From: Rhodosorus marinus CCMP1338
Taxonomy: Eukaryota; Plantae; Rhodophyta
Reading direction: 5' to 3'
DNA: 64,000 nucleotides
NCBI GenBank assembly: GCA_029953675.1
Contig: JAMWBK010000002.1
Location: 372,001-436,000, forward strand
Shown here: one piece after another, positions 28,824-42,311 of the stretch
Numbering within the stretch: the stretch's first letter is position 1
How the letters are laid out: the number at the start of each line of letters is the position of its first letter
Notes under the pieces: generated by a model
What the model was told of the DNA's origin: nothing
Databases searched by the model: none
The model's input: only the letters and a program-made list of their open reading frames with translations
Translations under genes and position numbers: made by a program

Positions 28824-30993
28824 GCGATATTTAGTGATTTTCTTGGGGATGGTGAAGGGTTGCTGAATGCGAATACATGAATTTCGTCTTAGTTGCCGGG
28901 AGGCTTGGGAGGCTCTACAGGATCATCATTTAGTATATCTTAACGACTATTTTTGAAGGAAGAGCTTCACATTTTCAAAGCAGCCCGCGGGGCTGAAAAG
29001 ATCGTAGAGCTTTCTCTCGGTAAGGACCTATAGGGAATAGTCTTTCGTGGCCTACCGCACGCAGGACGTATCTGGGAAGAAACACCCAAAACCATATCTC
29101 AAGGTGAGCGGGTTCGACTGCACGAGTGCTGGTGGATGCGTGTTCAAGACAAGTATCGTCTGAGGGTTTCAAACAAGACTCTTCCCGCCTGCTTCACACA
29201 ATGAAGTTGCTCGTCAACCTTCGTATCTTGCCTTCTCTCTCTGCCTGGCTCCGCCCGCACGAGGCCTGATGCACTGTTTTGAGAAGAGCGTGTTCTGAGT
29301 TGACGTTGGGGTTATCGGGGTCTGCGGACTGGAGAGGGATCTCTCCCGGGCGACTGCTGTGTCTTGCCTTTGTCGTGAGGTATTGAATGGTTCTGCTGAG
29401 CGTTTGGCTTGACTGCAAGGGCGCTATAGGATATTCGTACGCCGTGGCTTTTTAAGGTCCGGGTGTCAATGGTGAGAGATGGTTTGACAGCGGGAGGGTG
29501 AATGTGCACGAGGAGCACGAACCTGAAGTCCCACGTCTTGCAGAGCTTTTTCAGGTGAAGAAGTATCTAGTGCCATCAAGCACGGTTGTGGAAGGAAAGG
29601 GATGGTTGCCTTGTACTTGCCAAGAAGTATTTAGTTCCTTATTTGCTTCTGGGTGAGTGTGAGTGTACTGCGGATGAATGTGTCCGTTTCTTGAGATGAA
29701 AGACTAAAGCGTTCATCTACCCGAGAGCCCTGCTAGGGTGACATGAGGCGGGAGGTAAGGGAGATTCAGTACAGGTCTTGCCTAACATTGAGGCTGCTAT
29801 TTTCGAGTTGCCGTGCCAGACTATGGATGTTGTGGGAAAAATTAAAACTTTGGGGAGTTCGGTAGGGTTGAATGAGGTGGACGGGGGTGCGAGGAGCTTA
29901 GGTGGGATAATCGTCCGCTGAGTATTGAGGAACATGCTAGATTGGGAATCGGAGAAGGTTCGTCTGTAGGATTGTTGGGGTTGTACAAAGTGTTGACAGT
30001 TCTGGTTACGATCAAAGACGTGCTTGAAAGACTGTGAAGGTTCCTTCTTTTCTCCGTTTTCCTTTTAGAAAGTTGAATTGTGAGGGCTCTCCGGTTTCGG
30101 TTTCTGCGGGTTGATGAGCACGCTGCAACGGTTCCCCTTCCATTAATTGTGCAGTTCACTGTCCTTGGCTCGTTTGGCTTTGCGTTGCACGGGGTTGCAT
30201 TCGTTAGGAGTTGGATAGCGGCGGAGCTGGTTTCCACCATAGGCCTTGTTTGCTGGAAACCACTAACGCCTTTGATAGGTTCGTGGTCGTGCGGTAGATC
30301 GCAATAGTCGATGTAGAAACTTTATCGTGCAGAAGCCGTTTATCCACTAAAAATAACGACAAAATCGGGGAGTCCAGAACTTGCGGTAGAAACCCTCTGC
30401 CGTACAGCAGACCAATCCGTCCAGCCGCGCAACCCGCCACCGATCACATCCCCCAACGGACCAGAAAGTCAGTCAACTCCTCATTAATCAATCAAAATAC
30501 GTCCAACTGAAAAAATGTTTGATGTCCCCGGATGCAGATCTACCAATACAAACGATATATAATTTGTTATTTGAAAATTTTGTTTATGGGTTATCTTGTT
30601 TATTATTGTTTAATCTGTATGCAGGATTTCGACCTCGAACAAATTTTCTTTTTCAGGATTGGATCGGCTCTCTGTCGTGTTTTTTTTTTGTTTTTTTGGG
30701 AGGGGGGTAGGAGCATCGATGAGGAAATGGCAATGGCGATGAGTATTGGGAGAATGGTAGAGAGATGGGGTTTTGTGTGTATGGCAAATGAAGGAGGTGG
30801 TGAATGGGATTCTGAATCGTTGGGGCTGTAGAGCCCTGTAGGAAAATCTTCTTGTGGTTTGATTTGTTTTTGTTTTTTTCACAGTTGTGGGTTTGGGTGG
30901 TTAATGGGTTGAGGCTTGGTATGTGGTTGCGAAGGTAGTAGGTGGTGGGTGGTGGTTTCTGTTCTTCGGGTGGTTATTGAGGTGTCTGAGAAT

Positions 30994-33900
30994 ATGGAGG
31001 AAGATTGGCAGGATCGAGGGGAACCCAGCGGCCGTCAGTCTCCCAAGCATTGGGCTTTGGGTCTAGGTAGGGGGATTAGGAAGAGGCTGTTGGGAGATCC
31101 TTCGGGGATCTCGTATGGAGCGGCGGACTTTCCGTATTCCGCGACTCAGACGCTGAGTTCGCTACACTCGAGACAGGAGCAGACGGTAGGCTCATTGTCG
31201 TTGAAATAGATTTGTTAGGTCCCTGGATAGCTCTTGTTCGGAATTCTGAAAGACCAAAATTGTCCACAAAACCCACGCAACTAACAGTACGATGCAGATC
31301 GCGCGATGAGGATCCACCGAACGGCGTCATCGGCGCACACAAGAGCATATTCTCGCACTGATTCAATCATGCTCAATGCTCGGGATAGACTCCATACTCA
31401 AACGAAAGAACGGGGAGCCAACCAGGCCGGCGACTTTCGAGTCATCGACACCATCAACGAAACAAGCCGATACTTGGAGCGTGAAAACAACGAGTTTATA
31501 AGCATGAGGGAACAGATCGCGGTGATGTACACCGTCTTGACAGTCACAGGCCTGTGTACAGGGGTGATTGGTGCACTTCTAGATGACGCGGTGGAATATT
31601 TAACGTCCTTGCGAACTGGAATATGCACCAGCTCGTTCTTCTTAACCAGACATCTGTGTTGCCTGTCCACTGGCGAAGGCTCTTGCCCTGATTTTCTCTT
31701 GTGGGGAGGCCAATCCGATACCAAAAGCTACATGGCAAATCTCAGTCTTGCCGTCATCTACGGCTTCTTCTCGGCCTTCTTGGTCAAGCGGTTCGCTCCT
31801 TATGCAGCCGGATCCGGTATCCCCGAGATCAAAGCCGTTCTGAACGGGTGCGTCATGAGAGGATACCTCAGCGGATGGACTCTGGTTGTCAAGATCCTTG
31901 GGCTGACCCTATCCGTCGCAGCCGGATTAAATCTCGGCAAGGAAGGACCTGTAGTTCACCTAGCATGTTGTGTCGCTTTCTTGACCGCCAACTATTTCAA
32001 GCTCTTTCGATATAACGAAACATCAATCAGGTAATGTTTTGCTCGCCTCTGAGGAACTAAGTTCGCAGCGTGCCCACCTTCTCACGCAACTCGTTTCCAT
32101 TATGAACAGGGATGTTCTGTCCTGTGCGTGCGCGGCGGGTGTGGCTACCGCGTTTGGAGCTCCCGTCGGAGGAATTCTGTTTGCTTACGAGGAGGCGTCT
32201 ACGTATTTTCCAAACCATGTGCTGTGGAGAGCCTTCTTCTGTGCCACCGTTGCTGCGATTGTACTGAGGTGGTCGAATCCCTTCTTTGATGGTAGTCTGG
32301 TCATGTTTCGTGTCAAGGACAATGTCGAATGGTACTGGTTTGAGCTGTTGCCAATCGCAGTCGTTGGCATCCTCGGCGGATTCATCGGCCACCTGTGGAT
32401 CAAGCTCAACCTTCAATGGATGAAGATCAAAATGAGAAACAGTTGGTTCAGGCGTAGCCCGATCATAGAAACGATATGTCTGGTGTTCCTTACGGTATCT
32501 GCCAACTGGGTCTTTCCGTTTCTCAGGCAGACGAACAGTAGTATACTAAGCACGTACGAAGTCTCTAGACTAGTGTATTCCTGATGGTCTTGCGTTCTTG
32601 CCCTAATCTCATTTCTTGGTGCTGTCTGACAGGCTGTTTACGGGATGCAGCTCGGAGGATATGACAACCAGCTCAGCATGGAGCGATCTCCTCTGTCACC
32701 ATACCCGGAAGCCAGAACTCATCATAATCTTAGCGTATGGCGTAATCCAAAAATTTCTACTCTCTGCCCTAACATTTGGCTCAAGAGTACCTGCGGGTGT
32801 GCAAAGGTCCAATTCAAAGTTGTGGAACCGATTTCCGTGATCATGAACTCAATGGACCTTCTTCACAGGCTTGTTCATTCCGTCCTTAACAGTCGGATCA
32901 ATGTTCGGAACGTTGGTAGGGATGGGTGTGCACACTATAGCCCGCAGCTACCCAGAGTTTTTCCTGTTCCGTGACTGCACGAGCAGCACATACTGCGCAA
33001 CTGGATCAGTCTACGCGATTGTTGGTGCGGCATCGGTTCGTATCCCCTGGAGACCTCTGCGCTAGTTCGGCAACCTCTACACCGTGTGAACGTTTCTGAA
33101 TCTTGTGATCGGCCTTAGGTTCTGGCTGGCGTCACCCAAGTGTCAGTCTCACTGGCCGTTATCATGTTGGAACTGACAGACCAGCTGAATCTGCTGCTGC
33201 CATTGATGATCACGATTCTGCTGGCGAAGATGGTGACGAACTTCTTCGGAACTCCGTCAATCTATGACAGCTACGTTCATATGAAGAGATATCCCTACCT
33301 TGAACCGGGAGCTATTATAGAAAACGAGCTAGCTGACGCCAGGCGGATAATGTCGAAGAAGGTGGGCTACTTCCAAAGCACAGGATCTATCCATGGGTTC
33401 TGATTTTTTGAAGTAGTTCTGCGTCCGATGTCACATGTTGCTGCTGATGCTGAGTTTGCTCCTTGGATATGTCTAGGTCATATGTATACCAGCAACAGGA
33501 ACAACGATCGGCCATTTGGAGGAGTTGTACAAGGCAACAAAAACATTTGGCTTTCCGATCGTAGAAGACTTGGAAAAGAAGCGGCTCGTGGGGTATTTAG
33601 CGAGGATAGAACTGAAAGTGGCTCTACAAACAGCGAGTCGACACCCGGGAGTTAATGCAAATACGCTGTGCGCATGAGAGAACAACAACACTAATCGCTC
33701 ACCCCTCCGCGATGTTTGAGGTTTTCTGAACAAGCGCCCGTCCTCTGCGACGTGTTAACTTGCTTTTCTCAATGGACAGGGTTGAGTTTCCGAAGGACTA
33801 TGACATCACGAGCTCTTTCGTAGACTTTGAAGGCAACGTGAACTTTGGAAAATACTGTGACCTGTTCGTAGCTCAGGTGTTTCCAGATTCACCGCTTTCG

Positions 33901-34145
33901 AAGGTAGGATTTTACATCTCCACTTCGCGTGCGAAGACTTCAGCACATTTGCCCTGACCCCGCAGCTCAACCTCTTTTGCATCTGTACAAATCCTGTTTT
34001 GAAGGTTTACGCTCTGATGCAGGGGACCGGTTCCCAGCATACGGTTGTGGTTGATGGAGGAAATGTGGTAGGTATTATTTCGAAGAAGGACCTGATCTCG
34101 TTCATAGATCATTCTGAAGATATACCGAGGAAGTACTTCCTGTAA
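30994..34145 (+). CDS. CLC: CLC family chloride/proton antiporter (CLC-3/4/5 / Gef1-like) with CBS domains
   Basis: GSGIPE, GKEGP (gating Glu), AFGAPVGGILFAYEE (proton Glu), GLFIPSL, YDSY. C-terminal CBS (VVGIISKKDL). Stop 34145. Confidence 0.95.
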
Positions 34146-34429
34146 AGTTATGTAGTTCGTTGTCGGATGCACAATCTAAAATGAGAAAGTCACAAGTAGA
34201 ACTGATCCCTTAATTGTTATACAAGTATTTCAGCACTTTTTTGCTTTACGGTCCTGAGCGAATCTCTTATTACTTTGTGACGAGGAGCCAACTTCGTTTC
34301 ACCTAGTATTAGCCTGGTGCCCTCTTGCACCCCGAAAGACAGACTAGCCCAGTGAATCCGTTATCAACTGCGAGATGATGAGGAGAACCGGCAAGGTCCA
34401 AGTAAAGAGCATAACACAGGAGGTGCTGC

Positions 34430-36314
34430 CTACTTCTTTGCTTTTCCACCGCTCGCAACATTGTGCTTAAAGAAGATAATATCTCCATCATGGACCTCGT
34501 ACGTCTTTCCTTGCTGTTTGTACTTGCCAGCCGCCTTGACAGCGTTCTCTGTTTTCAGCTCCTTGAAGTCCTCGAAGGCCATGATCTCTGCGCATATAAA
34601 TCCCTGTTTCGAAAACGGTATATTGTTAGGATTCCAAAGTCTTTGGGGGTATCAACAACTCGGACGGCTTTGAACGCACTTTCTCGAAATCCGTATGAAT
34701 TGTTCCTGCGGCCTGCGGCGCCAGAGTTCCCTTCCTAATTGTCCAACATTTGACCTCATCCGACCCGGCAGTAAAAAAGTAGATGAGCTGAAGAGTTGTA
34801 AACCCAAGCTTAATGATTCTGGTTAGCATGCTTTGAGCCTGACGACGAGACGCACGAAAGATTTCATTCACTCAGCTCACCTGAGTTCAGGACCTCACGG
34901 AAATCTCCTCATATCCTGTAGAAGAAGGGATCAGCCCTACCTTATTGTCTTCGCAGTACTTAGTCACCGCCTCAACTCCTTCGTTGACTTCTATATCCAC
35001 CAGCTTTGCCTGCAAGCCAGCAAGAGATGAGGACCAGTTGCTTAGACGCACAACCCAAAAGTGGCTTTGAACCCACTGTGGACAAGCTTTACATACCTCT
35101 TGGGAAGCACTAAAGGGGATGATCGGTTCCCCGTTTGCATACTCATCAACCCATTCCTTAATCTTGGGAAGCCACTTGTTCTTCCTCCTGGCAAAGTCTT
35201 TCTCAGATAAATTTACCAAATAGATTCCCGGCTTCGCGGTAAGAAACAGATGCTTGTTCAAGACCTCGATTTCTGCTCCAGTCCAGTCCACGCAACGGAC
35301 CGGTTTCTTATCCTCGTCCAGCACCTTTTTAACCTGTTCGTGTTGAAAGCAGGACAGGTAGAGGAAACAAAAAGGATAAGAGACCTTAGAACAAGCCTTA
35401 GTCGTCCTAAACTATGACCCGCAAGCGCTGAACACTTTCCAAGGTAGTTGTGTATCATCTTTTCGTATGTGACTAAGAGCATGGACGGGAATTTCTGTTC
35501 CAATTTCGCATCTCTCATCAGACAGTTGCTTGAATGGCCTAATTCACCCACCTTAGTTAAGACCTCCTCTTCCTTCTTTAGCTCCTTTGGACATCCGTGT
35601 CCTAGCCTCGCGATCTTCTGCTGAAGATCCGGAAGGACGAAATCGACTTTTTGAAGATCCTTGAGAATCAGCTCTGACGAAATAATCTCCAGGTCGCGCA
35701 CGGGGTTGACTGAGCCCTCGACGTGAATCACCTCCTCATCATCGAAGACCCTACATACATGGAAAAGCCCATCGACAGCGTTGATGTTGCTCAGAAATTC
35801 GCTTCCGAGGCCGTGGCCTTCCGATGCCCCCTTCACAAGACCTTTCTCAAAATGAAACCCCAGGTTTCGATTTCAGTTCCCAAGTCTACAAAAAGGACTC
35901 TGATCCATGCTTTCATTATCTTCTACTTACCGGCAATATCCCAAACTTCTAAATAGGCTGGGACCTAAGAGAAAACCAAGCAAATCCATACGGATTCAGC
36001 CCACGTGATCGCTTGGAAGATGTCGTGAACACTGGATCGAAGAGGAACTATTCTGTGCTCTTTACCTTGCTAGCAGGCTTGTGAACATCACATAGGTAGT
36101 TGAATCGATCGTCAGGAAGAGTAACCCTCGCCTCGTTGGGCTCGATTGTACAAAATGGATAGTTCTCAGCAGGAATGTTGAGCTTTGTCAGCGTATTGAA
36201 AAACGTTGATTTCCCAACATTAGGAAGTCCCACAATCCCCATCTTCAGGCTGTTCTTGAATCTTCCCAGCAGAGGCTTCTGTTTCGGACCCTCATCCTTC
36301 TTCCTCGGAGGCAT
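34430..36314 (-). CDS. OLA1: Obg-like ATPase OLA1/YchF
   Basis: [26 protein letters not shown], mini-exon [62 protein letters not shown]. Stop 34430. Confidence 0.97.
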
Positions 36315-37256
36315 TCTCTACTTCACTTCCTCCCTCCCCAAAACTAACAAAAAAACAAAAAAAGACTCTGAAAACGACCAAGAAATTTCACAGCAGATCA
36401 AATCAGCCTTGTCACGATTCTCAGCTATAAGATAACTACAAGTGATACCCTTAAAACCAGATCAAAAGAGTCAAATACCAAATTTCTTCAAACGTCCTAC
36501 CCGATTGTCACACCCTCCTCAGCAACTTTTCATCTTTGGCAATGCCGACGTCCACGGTGGAGAATTTCATCCAATAGATAGTCATTTCTAAACTTATTAT
36601 CCAATAAAACACCCCTTCGATAAAATTAAGGACGCGTGGGGTTTTATTATTGGAATAATTCTCGTAGCTTACAGTTGTCAGGTTCTGCGAGTATTGAAGT
36701 GTTCGGACTCGTCCTGGAAGCATTAGCAGGTCTTGGGAGTCAAGCCCTCTGCATCAACAGTTTCATTAGAGGCTTCTAGCCTGTGTTGATAACCCAAGAA
36801 ACTGAGACTTGTGATTCCCATACGTTTTGATCGGCTCTATTGTCTGGAATACGGGTTGCCCTGGCATCGGGGTGCTCGAGCATGGGTGGCCCTGGTTATA
36901 TGTTTCTTAGTACGACTAACAATTGTTCGAAGCATTCGCTATATACCGTTTTAATCAAGGTATATGTAAGCGCTTGTGCATTTATAAGTTTACCCGGGTC
37001 GATGGTGTCTCCCCCGCTGAATAGTTCAATATTGACCTTTAGATAGGAGAAAGATTCTTTGGTACCGTCTGGCTTAATTGCAAAAACTGCTACGACTTTG
37101 TAATTGAAGTCAGTAAAACTCCGCCAACCACTTCAAGCAAAATCGAGTTTTGCAAAATCGAGTAGCAGACTGAATTGTTCGCCAGCATTCGAGACATTGT
37201 TCAAGCTGCACCACATTTGCAGCAATGTACTTGGAAGAAAAAAAATTCGGGAATCA

Positions 37257-37976
37257 CTAGTAGTTCACGGGAATCTTTCCGAATCTGGCGATCGTAATGA
37301 AAAGCAGAGCGCAAAACAGCGCAGTCCAGTACAGATTGCCACCCACAGCAGTCCCGATAGAGGCCGACACCCAAACCGACGCTGCTGTCATGATTCCCTT
37401 TGCTCTTACGGCAACCCCCTTTTTCGCCTCGTGCATTTTCTTGAAGATTATGGCAGAAGCAAGAAACGTTATTCCCGCGGGGACTTGCGCAGCTGATCGA
37501 GATGCGTCATACTTCATGGAGCCGGACTCGAAAGCAAAGGTTGAGCAGATCGTGTAGCAGCATGCTCCGACAGCGACGCACGCGTTTGTGCGCAATCCTG
37601 CAGGATGATTTCCCTTTCTTCTCTCAGTACCTACTAACGCGCCGAGGGCCAGGGCAATAAAAAGTCGTCGCCCTAAGGTCGCCTCAAGCTCGGTCAGTCC
37701 AAGCAGGGACAATCGCCTCACACGAGAGCATAGCACATCACCAGCGAGTGGGTTGAGAAAAGGGTTCCCCTTAAGAACAGTTCCAATCTCGCATTCGCCG
37801 CTCAGATACGGTTCAAGGAAGCATACACAGGTTAGCACCATCCCGACCAGAGCTACCACCGCATAGATCGCGCCATCTCTTTTCGGGTTGCTGCGAAAGT
37901 TTGTCGAGTACTTCAGCCATCCTTGCACCGCGATCGTCCTCCTGGTCGACAAATCATCTCTGCCTGTACGCTCCAT
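37257..37976 (-). CDS. MgtC/SapB family membrane protein, apparently single-exon
   Basis: LGALVGTERR...AGLRTN, DASRSAAQVPAGITFLAS, GIMTAASVWVSASIGTAVG match the MgtC signature. The 239-aa ORF ends at tandem TAG TGA. Confidence 0.85.
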   Translation of the reverse strand: MERTGRDDLSTRRTIAVQGWLKYSTNFRSNPKRDGAIYAVVALVGMVLTCVCFLEPYLSGECEIGTVLKGNPFLNPLAGDVLCSRVRRLSLLGLTELEATLGRRLFIALALGALVGTERRKGNHPAGLRTNACVAVGACCYTICSTFAFESGSMKYDASRSAAQVPAGITFLASAIIFKKMHEAKKGVAVRAKGIMTAASVWVSASIGTAVGGNLYWTALFCALLFITIARFGKIPVNY

Positions 37977-38455
37977 TATTTGTATCGAAAGCAGTTCCCG
38001 ACCACCCCCTTCTCAACACACCAAAAGCGATCATAGCTTCGGCTTCCCCAAAACCCAGGCAAATCTGCTTTTAAATCGGACCAGAATCCGTTAAGTCTCA
38101 CAGATTCCGGTCCGTTGCAAATCTTTCTGGCCAATCAGCTTCTATAATAGCGCTTAGCTAGACTTGTTAACCAATAATAGATATCCAACTCCTCTAAAAC
38201 AAATACTAGCCAATGCAGAAGCTTAAAACTGTACTAGCTCGTTATCAAGAGACATCATTGGATATAACATATTTGTTTTTAGAAGATTTTCAGATGTGCT
38301 TTTACCTGTGTTCAATCGATTTGAGACTACTCACTCTTAAAACTATTCTCTTTTGCTACTCAGTACGCGTTTAGCGTGTACTATTTTTGTCATCTGCTGG
38401 TGAAGGGGAAGAAAATTATCCACGCTGTGCTGTGTGGTGGTACAAATTATGCTTT

Positions 38456-39350
38456 TCAGTCAACGAAGCGGTTTCCGCCTTGGACCCTGGTTTCAACACC
38501 GAACCCTGCGAGCATGACCTTGGAGAGCTCCTCGTCGGGCTCCTCCGGCCTTTCGTAGTTGACGATCTGTCTGAGACGAGTATCTGAGTTGGCGAGCTGG
38601 ATGGAGTCAACGCTGACGAGCTTCGTGTACTTGGTCGTAAGGATGAGCTTTCTCTCTTCGGTATTAAATTTGAACGAGCCTGGTACTGGTCTTCGCTCTG
38701 CACAAGACCCACATCAAACAAGGAAGCAGTAAGCACAGGCGCGATGAGCTCTGTGTGCACATACCATACCTTCGTATGCGTAATCTCTAAGGTACATTCC
38801 TGACAGGACGTTGTTCCTGCTTTCCTCGGGTATGAAAACAAGGTTGGTGAACGACTTGACCAGTCCTTTGCTCTCCATCATAGTCTTGAAGCTTACTCGG
38901 AAACCTTCGCAAGATGCCACTCCTTCCTCATCCAGGAATTTGTCATAAATCTCGATAACCTTTCCGAACAAGAATATCAGGGACGAAGAAGAATGCTCCT
39001 TAGCTCACAAGCAACAAGATCTTGATCTCCATCTCCGACCAGAGTTTGAACTTCGCCCCTACCTCCCTCTTATCGTCGTTTCCGAGCCGTTCAACATCGA
39101 ACGTCATTCTAGAATTCTCAGTTGACGCCTCCTCATCCTCACCCTCCATATAATGATAATTCCTCTCCGTATTCCACGATCCGGAAGCCTGTGTGAAGAA
39201 CTCATGAAAGCCCCTGAGCTCCTTCACATCCCTAACTAGATCAGGGACGCTCGGCGCCACCATCGACAACACCCGACTCCGCCTTCTATTACATAACAGC
39301 TTACCCTCCGAACCCCTCCCAAGTCCCAAACCAGAAACAAACGCAGCCAT
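38456..39350 (-). CDS. Nuclear-encoded phycobiliprotein lyase, CpcS/CpeS/CpcU (S/U) family, plastid-targeted (3 exons)
   Basis: Transit peptide MAAFVSGLGLG..., FFTQASGSWNTERNYHY, YLRDYAYEE, LILTTKY...DSIQLANSDTRLRQI, AGFGVE resemble S/U-type bilin lyase motifs. Stop 38456. Confidence 0.75.
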
Positions 39351-40116
39351 CGCGACAACCAACCTCAAGCGACAATCCACTCCAAAAACTACCCTGGAGA
39401 TCAAACCTACCCGCAAACAAAAACAATAGTTCAGTCTTTCTGTAGCTAGACAGAATCTCCTTCCTTCTCAAGAAACTTTCCCTTAACCTCCCTTTAACCT
39501 CAAAACTACCACCCTACCCAAATCCCCTAGCTCGCTCCCCAACTCTCACCGCATCTTCACTTACCTGACATGGAAAACCAGCATGACGGTTGATCTCGTC
39601 GAGATTCCGTCGCTTCGCAAAATATCTACGGAAATATCCAAAACTAGGTAGTATTCGTTTTCAAATATGGGCCATAATTTCAAAAATTTAAGAAGATAGA
39701 GACTTTATGACTGATATTTTCTAAAATAGGATGATTCGTATTATTTTAGACATTACAAAAGCTGTTACGGAGGAGTGTGTGTTGTTGACAATGACTGTCC
39801 GATGGAAACTAAGAAAGGTCCGAAGACAGGCAAACAAAATACGAGAAGGGCTATCGAAAGCGAAAATTTCGCGTCTCCAACATCAGGACACCATTTAGAT
39901 GGCACAACAGAAGTGAGAGGATGTGTTCACGATGTGTTGAGTTGAACGGTGTCGTTTTGGTTGGGGCTACTCTTATCGTTATTTTTATATGTTCAGGCTA
40001 TTTTTTTTTTTTTGGGGGGGGGGGTTCTGAATTAGAGTTGAACATGACAGAAGGAGCGACGGAGGGGCTGATCGAGTGCTCGCTCTGTGGCTTTTTCTGG
40101 TTCGTTTGGGAAGCGT

Positions 40117-42311
40117 TTAGAACTTGAGGTCCTTGGCTCTCTTTGCTCTCTTGTCCTTCTCGCGTTCTAACTCCTTCCGCTTCCTAGCAAGTCCTTCTGC
40201 GACGATGTCACTGACATCGTCACCTTTTCTTTTGACTTCCTCCTCCGCCTTCTTCTGGTCGTGCTTTCTCCTAAGCACCTCGGAATCTAGTCCGCGTTCA
40301 AAATCCTCTGGATTGAGGGTTACCTCCACCCCATCCCCAGTCTTCTTCTTTCCACCGAGATCGTAGACGTGTGATGTTCCTACCCAGAGCCCAAAAATAC
40401 CGAGGTTTTAGAGACTAAAGAAGCTTCCACGGAGCCGCTCAATGTTAGTACTGTACCTAACAGACTGCCTCCAACAGAGGCCTTCTTTTCCTCAACGACC
40501 GTGTACAACTGAGCGGGTTTCGCTGGCACGCCTTTACGCAATTCGATAGCATCAGCGGGTGTCTGTGCACCACCGGGTAGAATGCTGGTAGAAGTCTCGA
40601 TCCCGGAGCCGAGCTCAGCGTTGTTTCCAGCAGCGCTAAGATTTGCAGCTTCGGGTGCTTCTTCGGCCTCTTCCTCCTCTTCTTCTGATTCTTCTGATTC
40701 TTCTTCTCCAAAGCCGGCCCAGAGGCTAATGTTCCATTACGCAGGCGACGGATTGGGCCAGAGTCAGTTCCTCTACAGCCACGGTATGGTAGTCTGCATA
40801 GGGGTTGTAGTTGTGATTACTCAACTTACGTGGCTTTCTCACTAGGCTGAAGAGCTATTTCTGCGTCGCGCTCATCTACGGCCCATCCCATGCCAAATAC
40901 GTCCCCGTAAAGTGGACGATTCATTGCGTCAACTGGAGGACGACCCCACCCACCAGGAAAGTACCCGTATGCCGCTCCGGCTGGGATTGGAGCGTTGAAC
41001 CCTGGAATCTTGAGGTACGGGTAGGACGGAGGAGGAGGAAACCTACCACCGAAAAAAGCATTTTCAACGTTTCTCAGCAATATGCAAACTATCGTAAAAC
41101 AGCTTCTAGCTGAGGTTTCTACTAAGCGATAACACAGTACCTTTGCATGTTGTAGAGCCACGGGGGAGGTTCGTTTTGATCCGCCACACCAAGCGCCGTC
41201 CGCAGCCCCTCCGATAAAATCCCGGGGCGGAAATTCTTCTTTTGGACCTCATGCTCTTTCAGTTCATAGTACAAGTCACCATGGCCCGTAAGAATGGGCT
41301 TTGTCTGAAACTTGAAAAACGCATCGTGCAGAACCTGAAGATGCGTTGAGCGGAGCATTAGAACTGTACCTATTACGGTTCCTGCTGTGAAGTTATGTTT
41401 CCCCGTACCTGGTAATCAATGTCCGCCTTCCCCATCTTTGGTCGTGTCTTTTCTCTTTGCTTCTGCTTCAAGGATTTGTCACCCTCAGCGTCTGCATATG
41501 CATCCCTCATCTTCTGTATGCCTGTTTCCGCAATGAATGCAGGTAGCTGGAACGGGGCTTTATGCATTCCACGTTTGTTCTGCAAGTATTTCCTCTTTTG
41601 TCGCCAATGGACAGGTACGGCCACGGAATGACGATACGATTTAAGGTTCACTAAAAGCCTGGGATCGGAAGCTGTCACATCCCATTGATCTACGACCTCC
41701 GGATTGCTGACCTAACGTTGTGGGAGGACCGAAGTGAGTATTAGCACATGGAAATCAATCAAACGAATCTTTGCGAGCGCAAAGTCAACTACCTCTTGCT
41801 TTAGTTTAGCTACGGAGAGTCGCTCCAGTATTTTTCTCTGCCTTCGGGTCAGCTTTTTTTGCTTGTCCTCTTCATCATCCTCGCCATCTGCCGCATCTCC
41901 TCCAGCTTCGGCGTCAGCATCATTCTGAACGTCCTCAGCGCCTTCAGTAACTACATTCCCCGCCTCATAAGCACCTAGGGCACCCATACTCTGAAATTTC
42001 TCGAAGATCTCTTTAAACTCATCCAATTCCTGTCCATGATCCTCCACATCCGGAGCGATCTTCTCCGCCGCGACGTACACCACCTCCACTTTCTCGCCAT
42101 CATCGGCAGCGCCATTCTCCCCATCCTCATCACCTTCACCCAGATCACTCTGAAACTGAACCCTAGCAGCATTCCTTCTCTTCTTCTTCTTCTTCTTCTT
42201 CTTATTCTTGCTATTCATCACGCCGCCCTCTCCCTCTCCAGATACCCCTTCCACCAACGACGCCAACGCCGCCAGCTTCGCTCTTTCAAGCTCATCCTTC
42301 TCCTCTCCCAT
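40117..42311 (-). CDS. SF3B2: Splicing factor 3B subunit 2 (SAP145/Cus1)
   Basis: LSVAKLKQEV, DPRLLVNLKSYRHSVAVPVHWRQKRKYLQNKRG, DAFFKFQTKP, GDLYYE, PSP domain PPWLYNMQRYG/YLKIPGFNAPIP/GGWGRPPVD, C-terminal KDLKF. Confidence 0.95.

Noticed and set aside
36500-37200. Short minus-strand ORF fragments downstream of MgtC as a possible MgtC C-terminal extension
   Set aside because: MgtC ends in tandem stops with no convincing donor, and the fragments have stops in all frames and no recognisable motif.
42176-42205. (TTC)n microsatellite
   Set aside because: It simply encodes the poly-Lys tract of SF3B2.
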